A stretch of 64,000 nucleotides of DNA from Candidatus Enterosoma merdigallinarum (GTDB taxonomy: Bacteria; Bacillota_I; Bacilli_A; RFN20; CAG-288): NCBI GenBank assembly GCA_018714385.1, contig DVNL01000010.1, forward strand, positions 6,664 to 70,663, given 5' to 3'. Both the position numbers and the translations under genes were made by a program. The notes under the pieces are model-generated. The model saw nothing but the letters and a program-made list of their open reading frames with translations, searched no databases and was not told the origin of the DNA. Position 1 is the first letter of the stretch. Every line of letters starts with the position of its first letter. Below are positions 55,325 through 62,864 of the stretch, one piece after another.

Positions 55325-56715
55325 GCCCTCCGGCTATCCAAAAAATGTCTTATATATTCGACAAGATCAGTGATGGCAACTCTTTCCTGTTTCATGGAGT
55401 CCCTCTCCCGGACAGTCACCATGCCGTCATTCTGGGAATCGAAATCGAATGTGACACATAAAGGCGTGCCGATCGCATCTTCGCGACGATATCGCTTGCC
55501 GATGCTTCCCGTCGTATCGAATATCGCGTCAAAATAGGGATGAATCTTCTTGAAAAGTTCCGCGGCCGGCTCGATAAGATGATTGGAAAGCGGCATGACG
55601 GCCACCGTATACGGGGCCAGTTCCGGCGCCAGATGCATCACGACACGGCTATCTTTGCCTTCGTTGAGCGTTTCGACGTCATAGCTGTCCATGAGCAGTG
55701 CGAGCATCAGGCGGTCCAGTCCGAATGACGGCTCGACGACGTGAGGCAAATATTTCTCGTGCGTTTCCGGATCCAGATAAGTGAGATCCTGTCCGCTTCT
55801 TGCCATATGACGACCGAGATCGTAGTCACCGCGGCAGGCAATGCCCATGAGCTCTCCCCAGCCTATCGTCGGGAAAAGATATTCGATGTCGGTGGTTGCC
55901 GAAGAATAGAAGGCAAGCTCCTCTTTCTCGTGGTCGCGATAGCGAACGTGATCGTCCCTCAGCCCCAATCTTTCGACGAATGCCTTGCAATTCTCTTTGT
56001 AGAAGGCGAACCACTTCTCGTCCTCGCCAGGTCGGAAGAAGAATTCGATCTCCATCTGTTCGAACTCACGCGTCCGGAAAGTAAAATTGCCGGGAGTGAT
56101 CTCGTTCCGGAAGGCCTTGCCGATGTCGCAGATCCCGACGGGAAGCTTGCGGCGCGTAGTGCGAAGAACATTCTTGAAGTTGACAAAAATGCCTTGTGCC
56201 GTTTCGGGACGGAGGTAAACTGTTGAGCTCTTCTCTTCCGTGACTCCGATAAACGTCTTGAACATCATCTGGAATTGGCGGATGTCGGTAAATTGGTTCT
56301 TGCCGCACTTAGGACAAACGATTTTCCCGGATTGGACTGTCTCGTTGAGGGCCTTTTGATCCATGCCGTCCACGTCGAGATCCGGGCATTGCGATTTGAC
56401 AAGGTCATCGGCACGATATCGGCTATGGCAGTATTTGCAGTCTACGAGAGGATCGTGGAAATTGGCCACATGGCCCGTGGCTTCCCAGACTTTTGGGTTC
56501 ATTATGATGGCCGGGTCGATCTGGACGTTGTATTCGATCTCGCGAACAAAATGGCGCAGCCAGAGATCCTTGACATGATTTTTGAGAAGGGTGCCCAACG
56601 GCCCGTAATCCCAGGAATTGGCAAGTCCGCCATAGATATCGCTTCCGGGATAGACGAACCCCGACGTCACCAAGTGGTTGACGATCTCCTCGAATGAATG
56701 TTCTGTGTTTGCCAT
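55321..56715 (-). CDS. glyQS: Glycyl-tRNA synthetase (alpha2 dimeric type)
   Basis: ORF 55321..56715 carries ...GFVYPGSDIYGGLANSWDYGPLG... and ...FRNEITPGNFTFRTREFEQMEIEFF... Confidence 0.95.
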   Translation of the reverse strand: MANTEHSFEEIVNHLVTSGFVYPGSDIYGGLANSWDYGPLGTLLKNHVKDLWLRHFVREIEYNVQIDPAIIMNPKVWEATGHVANFHDPLVDCKYCHSRYRADDLVKSQCPDLDVDGMDQKALNETVQSGKIVCPKCGKNQFTDIRQFQMMFKTFIGVTEEKSSTVYLRPETAQGIFVNFKNVLRTTRRKLPVGICDIGKAFRNEITPGNFTFRTREFEQMEIEFFFRPGEDEKWFAFYKENCKAFVERLGLRDDHVRYRDHEKEELAFYSSATTDIEYLFPTIGWGELMGIACRGDYDLGRHMARSGQDLTYLDPETHEKYLPHVVEPSFGLDRLMLALLMDSYDVETLNEGKDSRVVMHLAPELAPYTVAVMPLSNHLIEPAAELFKKIHPYFDAIFDTTGSIGKRYRREDAIGTPLCVTFDFDSQNDGMVTVRERDSMKQERVAITDLVEYIRHFLDSRRA

Positions 56716-56761
56716 TGTGCAAGCTCCTTGGTTATATGAATCCCTAAGATTATATTACAAA

Positions 56762-57508
56762 TCAATTGTCACGGCACTGCTGCAAGAGGAAAGACAGGCT
56801 CTTGAAAGGCTTGAGGTCGAAATAGGAGGCCAGATAATCGGCCAGGACGAGAAGGACTTCACGTCCCTGCAAAGCAGGGACCGACTTGGAAAGCAAGGCA
56901 TCATCCGGCGCAAGGAAAGCATATTTGAGAACGTAGAGCACCAGCGCATTCTTTCGTCCCCCATCGACTTCCTTGATGCAATCATGGCAAAGGAAGCCGC
57001 CTTCCTGCAATGAAAAGGTCACGATGTCTTTCGTCTTCTTGCATCGTACACAACAGCTTGTTTCGATCTCGATACCGAGACTGCGATAGATCGCGCCGAG
57101 AAAAAGCAGGCTGAGGGAAAGAACGTCTCCCTTTCCCAAAAGGGAGGAGATAATCCGGGAGACCTCAGCATATGGAAAACGATCCCCATAGGAGAAGAGC
57201 TTTTGGGCGATCTCCTGAAGAAAAAGAAGGAAGGCGCTCTTGGAAAGGGAAGTCAGGCAAGAGGAGGCATCGACAACGACTTCGGCCTGCTTGGCTTGAT
57301 AGGGCCCTTTGCTTCGCTTCGTGGCAAGAACGTTGGCCTCGCTTCCGACAAGCAGAAGAGGCTTCAGCTGGCTCTTCGGGCGAAAGACATGGGACAGAAG
57401 GAGCGGAACGATACCCTCATCCGTGGCAAGGGAGCACACGGCGGAGTCCTCTGAGTAGGGCGAATAGGAAACGACCATGCCCCGAATGGAAACTTCTTCC
57501 CCTTTCAT
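56762..57508 (-). CDS. recO: DNA repair protein RecO
   Basis: ORF 56762..57508. It has an OB-fold N-terminus and a Zn motif CVRC...CHDC. It shows synteny with era. Confidence 0.85.
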   Translation of the reverse strand: MKGEEVSIRGMVVSYSPYSEDSAVCSLATDEGIVPLLLSHVFRPKSQLKPLLLVGSEANVLATKRSKGPYQAKQAEVVVDASSCLTSLSKSAFLLFLQEIAQKLFSYGDRFPYAEVSRIISSLLGKGDVLSLSLLFLGAIYRSLGIEIETSCCVRCKKTKDIVTFSLQEGGFLCHDCIKEVDGGRKNALVLYVLKYAFLAPDDALLSKSVPALQGREVLLVLADYLASYFDLKPFKSLSFLLQQCRDN

Positions 57509-58377
57509 TCCTCGTAACCGAACTTCCGAAGATATCGATCAGAATTACGCCAATCCGGAATAGCCTTGACGAGAAGATCGACATGTGTCTTGACGCCGAA
57601 ATATTCGCCGATCGTCTTTTCACTATACTGGCGAATCTTGGAAATCATACGTCCGTTTTTCCCGACGACAATTCCCTTTTCGGAAACTTTTTCGACGATG
57701 ATATCCGCGAAGACTTCCATTTCTTCGTCTTTTTCCTCTATGGCGCGAATATCGACATAGATGGAATGAGGGACCTCCGCCTTGAGAAGACGCATGCATT
57801 TCTCGCGAATCATCTCCGACACGATATAGGCCATCGGCCTGTCGGAAACCATGTCTTCCGGGAAAATCCGTTCGCCTTCCGGAAGGACGGATTTGACCAA
57901 TGAAAGGAATTCGTCAACGCCGTATCCGTCTTTTGCGGACATCCTGACGATTCCAAGAAGCTTCGGAAGATTCTCGACATACCGTCTCAACCTGTCCTCG
58001 CCGATGTCGGCATGGACCAGGTCGACCTTGTTGAAACACAAAATGATGGGCGTCTTTTCGGACCTGAGCTTTTCGCACAGGGAGAAGTCCGGGACTTCCT
58101 TGGCATCGACAACATAGGCTATAACGTCGACGCCCTCCTTGACGCTTTCGGCATCCCGCAAGAGGATGCTCCCGAGTTTGCCGTGTGGCCTGAAGACACC
58201 TGGAGAATCCGTGAATACAATTTGAGTATCGGGGTCATTGTAGATGGCGCGGACATTGTCCCGCGTGGTCTGTGGCTTGGAAGAAACGGGAAGGAGCTTA
58301 AAACCAAGACAAGCATTGATGAGTGTCGACTTACCGGCATTGGCGCGGCCATACACGGCGACATAGCCTGATTTCAT
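57505..58377 (-). CDS. era: GTPase Era
   Basis: ORF 57505..58377 carries GRANAGKSTL, DSPG, NKVD and a KH domain at the C-terminus. Confidence 0.95.
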   Translation of the reverse strand: MKSGYVAVYGRANAGKSTLINACLGFKLLPVSSKPQTTRDNVRAIYNDPDTQIVFTDSPGVFRPHGKLGSILLRDAESVKEGVDVIAYVVDAKEVPDFSLCEKLRSEKTPIILCFNKVDLVHADIGEDRLRRYVENLPKLLGIVRMSAKDGYGVDEFLSLVKSVLPEGERIFPEDMVSDRPMAYIVSEMIREKCMRLLKAEVPHSIYVDIRAIEEKDEEMEVFADIIVEKVSEKGIVVGKNGRMISKIRQYSEKTIGEYFGVKTHVDLLVKAIPDWRNSDRYLRKFGYEE

Positions 58378-59237
58378 TTCTGAAGATCCTCCTTGCTGAA
58401 GGCGTTTGGAAGCAGGCCTTCAACCGTCGTAAACAAATGTTTTTTGCGATCCCCGGAGTAGATGTAGACGGGGCAATAAGGATGCATGAGTTCGCTCATG
58501 ACCTGACGACAGACACCGCAACACGTTCCGAGATTCTTGGAGTCCGTGATACAGCCGAGAGAAACGATGTCGTCTTTACCGTAGCCTTGCGCATAAGCGG
58601 AATAGAGGGCCACCCTCTCTGCGCAGCATGTCGCGGGGAAAGACGAGTTTTCAATATTGAATCCCGGAATATATCTCCCGTCGCGAGTCACGACGATGGC
58701 CCCGACCCGGAAGTTGGAATAAGGAACGATCGCCTTCTCCTGAGCTTTCAGCAACTCTTTTTCCAATCGTTTCAGATTCGTATAGAAATCATGAGGGAGA
58801 GTGTTGAGAAGCTCGTTCTGAAGAGAAAACATCGTTTCACTCTCCTCTGCCGTCTGGTGGTCGTATCCAAAGATGTGGAGAAGACCATGAATGAAAAGGA
58901 AGCAGAGCTCACGCGGATAGGGGTGAGAGAACTCTCTAGCCTGGCGCTTGGCGACTTCCGGGCAAATCGTTATCGTCCCCAGATCGACAAGCGGCAATTG
59001 CTCCACGGACGTTTCCTCGTAGGCGAACGTCAGGACATCCGTTTCCTTATCGATGCCACGGTAAGCCTTGTTGAGCGCCTTCTGCTCTTCCACGGAAAGC
59101 AGTGAGAGAGAAACTTCAAAATCGCCTTCTTTGCCAAGGCGGTCAAGGACGTGGTCAAAGACGAGGCGAAAAAGGGGTTCAAGTCCCTTCTTTTCCTTCG
59201 TCTTGTCTAGATAGTCCAGAATTCGTGTTCCGTGCAT
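58374..59237 (-). CDS. ybeY: Fusion protein: rRNA maturation endoribonuclease YbeY + cytidine deaminase
   Basis: From ORF 58374..59279, with the start at ATG 59237. The N-terminal half carries HGLLHIFGYDH (YbeY metal site). The C-terminal half carries CAER ... CCGVCRQ (Cdd zinc ligands) and ...LLPNAFSKEDL. Confidence 0.85.
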   Translation of the reverse strand: MHGTRILDYLDKTKEKKGLEPLFRLVFDHVLDRLGKEGDFEVSLSLLSVEEQKALNKAYRGIDKETDVLTFAYEETSVEQLPLVDLGTITICPEVAKRQAREFSHPYPRELCFLFIHGLLHIFGYDHQTAEESETMFSLQNELLNTLPHDFYTNLKRLEKELLKAQEKAIVPYSNFRVGAIVVTRDGRYIPGFNIENSSFPATCCAERVALYSAYAQGYGKDDIVSLGCITDSKNLGTCCGVCRQVMSELMHPYCPVYIYSGDRKKHLFTTVEGLLPNAFSKEDLQK

Positions 59238-60462
59238 CCCCAAAAGAACCTCCTTTGGTTCTATTAGTATACCCCACAAGAAAGCGTGATTTCAGCAGAA
59301 AAAGCGGTAAAGAGCGCGACAAAGCATTGATGTCCCGCGCCTCCAGGCTATCATCGAGATACGTTTCGCTGAGCTTTTCGGCAATCTGTCCGACACCGAG
59401 GGTGAGGAACAGACCGAAGAGGAAGAAATCCAATCCCGTTATTTTATAGACAAGCATGTAAGACAGAATGACAAGGGCGACAAGCGCGACTTTAAGAAGG
59501 CCTGTTGCCGTTCGAATCCCCAGAAAGACGGAAGCTTTTTTCTCCGATTCGAGGAACAACGCATCGTTGTTTCGATTGGAAGTGCCGAGAAGTGAGAGAT
59601 AAGAAGTCTCCTTCAGGGAGCAAAAACGTCTTGTTCGATTCGTTTCCCTCCTCAAGAGAACGGAAGAAAGCGAAAGGAGAACGCCCAAGACAGCCAGCAA
59701 GGAATAGAAAAGGCCATTGGATGCGAACATCGCGAGCAGATTGAGCAAGAAAACACCATATAAGACAAGGGAATAGGCCTTGCGGACTTCGGCATCCAGG
59801 ACGCGACCAAGAATAGGGGCGTCCGAACTTTGACGGCTTTCGCGGAGAAAGGGTAGAAAGACCTCGCGCGTAAGCCTCTTTCGAACTCGGAGGGAAAGCA
59901 GGAAAAGAAAACCGACTCCGATTGCGTAAAACAACAAGAAGAGGATAGAAAAAATGAGCGTTTCCTCTTCGCCCATAAAGAAAATGCCAAGAAAGAGGGA
60001 GAAAAATTGGACGAGAAAACAAAGTGCGAAAAGAAAATTGTCCCCTCTTGAAAATAATTTCAGGTGTGGCCTGTCCGGCTTTTCGCCTTTTGTGTTCATC
60101 AAGAGCATCTTTCCCATAAAAACCTGCTGGAATTCGTCCCTCTTAATCGAATAAGTGCCAAATTCCGGATCGTCGACAAGGACTTTTCGGCCGATTTTCC
60201 TAACGACGACAAAATGCGCCTTGTTCCCGTTTTTGATTTGAGCGATTCCCGGAAGGTGTTCTTTTCGGACGAAATCGAGACTTTCGATAGCATAGGGAAT
60301 GCATTGAATGCCAATGTTTTGCAAGGCACGGCGTATTGAAAGAAAATCCCGGCAGGCTTCCCGCAATGGGAGGATCTGAAAGTCATCTTCGCCGAAAACA
60401 AGGACGGCCATATTCCGGACAACCGCCTTTCCGCAATCGTCCTTTCCCGATTGATAAACCAT
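59179..60462 (-). CDS. Peptidase C39 domain fused to an ABC-exporter-type membrane domain, without a nucleotide-binding domain
   Basis: From ORF 59179..60804, with the start at ATG 60462 behind GGAGGTGGG. The N-terminus carries QSGKDDCGKAVVRNM ... AHFVVV ... DDP (Cys/His/Asp of C39). About 6 TM helices follow. The ORF ends 59 nt inside the ybeY start region. Confidence 0.6.
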   Translation of the reverse strand: MVYQSGKDDCGKAVVRNMAVLVFGEDDFQILPLREACRDFLSIRRALQNIGIQCIPYAIESLDFVRKEHLPGIAQIKNGNKAHFVVVRKIGRKVLVDDPEFGTYSIKRDEFQQVFMGKMLLMNTKGEKPDRPHLKLFSRGDNFLFALCFLVQFFSLFLGIFFMGEEETLIFSILFLLFYAIGVGFLFLLSLRVRKRLTREVFLPFLRESRQSSDAPILGRVLDAEVRKAYSLVLYGVFLLNLLAMFASNGLFYSLLAVLGVLLSLSSVLLRRETNRTRRFCSLKETSYLSLLGTSNRNNDALFLESEKKASVFLGIRTATGLLKVALVALVILSYMLVYKITGLDFFLFGLFLTLGVGQIAEKLSETYLDDSLEARDINALSRSLPLFLLKSRFLVGYTNRTKGGSFGDARNTNSGLSRQDEGKEGT

Positions 60463-60509
60463 TGTCCCACCTCCACCCTTTATTGGGAATGGGGACGTCG
60501 AAAAAACGC

Positions 60510-61472
60510 CTACAGGAACAGATCGTCGATTGCGCTTTCTTGAAACCGTTGTGCGATAGTCATGACAGCGTCCAAGTTCGTTGACCGATAGAAGATCCGG
60601 CGGTAAGTATCCACGGGAGACGGATTTGTCACGCTTCCGAAGGTGACATGGCCTTTTCCGGCTTGAGACTTGAGGAGAGGATAAAGGTACATATCGGCCT
60701 GTTCCGTGGAAAGATAGGGAAGCACATCGGCACCTTCCAGAAAAAGGGCTTCCGCCCGGCAAGCATCGGCAAGATCTTCTTCGGCCTGCCTGCGAAGATC
60801 CCAATCTTTTGAAGTCAAGGAAAGGAAAAGGTCCTTCATCCGAACATAGGCACAGGAGATCCCGTTTCTAGCGTAAAGATAACAACCGAAGCGTATGAGA
60901 AGCAAAGGGGCTTCGTTATTGCCAGCAAACAAAGTAAAATGCTCTTCCTTACCGATCTGGTCGAGTGCAAGAAGGATGTCAAGATAGGCTTTCTTGGTGG
61001 ATCTCAGCTCCGGACGATTTCGGACAAGATCAGAAAGCCGCATGGCATCATGAAAAATGACGTCTCCTTTTCGATCCATCGGCCGAATCTTTTCAAAGGC
61101 CCGTTCCTTTACCGCCTGGTAGGAGCAGGGGGCAAGGGACAACGTCATTTCGTCGCGCTCGGAATCGTAGGATAGCAAATAACGGAAGCCGGAACGTTTT
61201 TTGGGACACGAAAGCAAGCCGTCTTTGCAAGAAAGACACGTCTTTCTGTCTTGAAGATAAGTGTAGAGGTTGCCCACAGAATGTGAAAAAGTCTCGGAGG
61301 TTCGATTAAGCTTCTGTACTTTTGTCAAAGCGGCGGGATCCTCTTTGAGCAACTGGCGTACGGCATCTTCCAGCTCGTCCTCCTTTTCCGGAGCCAGTCC
61401 GACGGAAAAAGGAATGCCAGCGCTCTTGCCGGCCTTGAGAGCCTCTAGGTCGATGCCTTTCTCTTTTTTCAT
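60510..61472 (-). CDS. dnaI: DnaI-like primosomal protein (helicase-loader homolog) with degenerate Walker A/B motifs
   Basis: ORF 60510..61472. It has an N-terminal Cys cluster CLSCKDGLLSCP...C as in DnaI, sits after dnaB, and overlaps it (ATGA-type coupling). The expected GxxGxGKT reads AGNNEAPL and the DD of Walker B reads EG. Confidence 0.6.
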   Translation of the reverse strand: MKKEKGIDLEALKAGKSAGIPFSVGLAPEKEDELEDAVRQLLKEDPAALTKVQKLNRTSETFSHSVGNLYTYLQDRKTCLSCKDGLLSCPKKRSGFRYLLSYDSERDEMTLSLAPCSYQAVKERAFEKIRPMDRKGDVIFHDAMRLSDLVRNRPELRSTKKAYLDILLALDQIGKEEHFTLFAGNNEAPLLLIRFGCYLYARNGISCAYVRMKDLFLSLTSKDWDLRRQAEEDLADACRAEALFLEGADVLPYLSTEQADMYLYPLLKSQAGKGHVTFGSVTNPSPVDTYRRIFYRSTNLDAVMTIAQRFQESAIDDLFL

Positions 61473-62668
61473 AAATGGTATTTCCTTTCGAGTTCCTGCA
61501 TCTTCTCCTCATCGATACTCTCGTCGGGCTGTTCGATAGTCTTTATAGCCGCCTTCTTCCGTCGTGCGGTGTTTTTCGCCTTTTTCTTCGAGACATCCTG
61601 CGAATTCAGATAAACCATGGCATCGTACGGGGTTTGAATATCATTCCCCAGAAGGGAGAAAGCGACTTTGTCGATATATAGACTGACAAATTTCCCGTCC
61701 GTTTTTTTCAAGGAGTAATCCAGTACGACATTGATGACGGCATTGGGCAAATGGGTCTCGGACGAGATTTTCTCGATTTCTTCCAACATATATTGGGGAG
61801 GATTGGCATTGAGGCGATAAGAAAGATATTTCTGGGGACTCAAAGTCGAAAAAAGCTGCAAGAGACGATTTTGGTAGGTCTCCTCTCGGCTATCTTGATT
61901 CAATGGGCGATATTGGCGGAAAGAACGAACATCTGCCCGGAACGTATCGAGATGAAACCTCCCGGAACTGTCGATGTTTTTTTCGACCAACTCGGCCGCC
62001 TCCCCCTCTCCAAGGAAATAGAGTATCGCCAGGTCGACGATTTCATCAAGTGAAGAAGTGACATTCTTTGCGATTCCTGCTTCTTTAAGATTCTTCAGAA
62101 GACGCTTCCGGTCAAATGACGAAACATTTCGATAATTTTTGTCTTCGATACTTTGCTCCGTTTTATCCGACAATGTCGAGACGGAATAGACATCGCCAAG
62201 ACGGCTTGTGACGTCTGTATATCCGGCAGGAGTCTCATCATTCTGAACGAACAGAAAAGTCATCTCCTGCATTTTCTTTTCACCTATTTTTTGTTCCAGA
62301 AGGCTTTTCAATATGACGTCAGCGAAGAATTTTCTTGGACTTGCCGGGGGATACAGACGGAAAAGGTATGTTGTCGTCCGGTCTATATCTTCTTTGCGGT
62401 AAGTCGATACAAGGCCGATAGCCTCCAATCGAGACAATGCCTCCATTGTCGACGACGTTTCCATTCCCAGCATCCCTTCCATTTCCTCAAAATAGAAAAA
62501 CGCTTTGCGCGCCGAAAGAAAAGAAAGGGAGAAAAGATAGCGATAAAGGGCATATCCGGAGCCCGCTATCAGAGGCAAATAAAGGAGGGAGAGCACTTCA
62601 TCATCTGTTTGCGAGAGAGTGAAGTGGGAGGATACGGTGAAACGAGAACCTTTTTCGATAATTTTCAT
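61469..62668 (-). CDS. dnaB: Replication initiation and membrane attachment protein (Bacillus DnaB-type, DnaD/DnaB_2 domains)
   Basis: From ORF 61469..62815. The start is proposed at ATG 62668 (MKIIEKG...) by N-terminal colinearity with Bacillus DnaB (...LLYLPLIAGSGYALYRYL...). The C-terminal DnaB_2-like region is ...AVINVVLDYSLKKTDGKFVSLYIDKVA.... The start is uncertain. Confidence 0.7.
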   Translation of the reverse strand: MKIIEKGSRFTVSSHFTLSQTDDEVLSLLYLPLIAGSGYALYRYLFSLSFLSARKAFFYFEEMEGMLGMETSSTMEALSRLEAIGLVSTYRKEDIDRTTTYLFRLYPPASPRKFFADVILKSLLEQKIGEKKMQEMTFLFVQNDETPAGYTDVTSRLGDVYSVSTLSDKTEQSIEDKNYRNVSSFDRKRLLKNLKEAGIAKNVTSSLDEIVDLAILYFLGEGEAAELVEKNIDSSGRFHLDTFRADVRSFRQYRPLNQDSREETYQNRLLQLFSTLSPQKYLSYRLNANPPQYMLEEIEKISSETHLPNAVINVVLDYSLKKTDGKFVSLYIDKVAFSLLGNDIQTPYDAMVYLNSQDVSKKKAKNTARRKKAAIKTIEQPDESIDEEKMQELERKYHL

Positions 62669-62675
62669 TGTCCGT

Positions 62676-62684
62676 ATTATATCA
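62676..62684 (-). promoter_or_regulatory. Extended -10 element TGATATAAT 7 nt upstream of the proposed dnaB-like start
   Basis: The reverse complement of 62669-62690 reads AAAAAATGATATAATACGGACA, followed by the ATG. There is no SD. Confidence 0.35.
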
Positions 62685-62760
62685 TTTTTTACGTTTTTCT
62701 TCCCATTGCGAATCATTTTGACAGTTTCTGCCGCCAACCCTTCAAAGGGGGCTAATAAAA

Positions 62761-62789
62761 TTGATTTTGATTTACTAGATGTATAGAAT
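62761..62789 (+). promoter_or_regulatory. pyk promoter
   Basis: TTGATT (62761-62766), a 17-nt spacer, then TAGAAT (62784-62789). The SD AAGGAGAG lies before ATG 62865. Confidence 0.5.
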
Positions 62790-62864
62790 ATGCTTGTTAA
62801 ATTTCGGCTGTCCACATTTTATCGGAAGTGGCTAGATATTCTGTATCGGAACAAGGAGAGAGAC

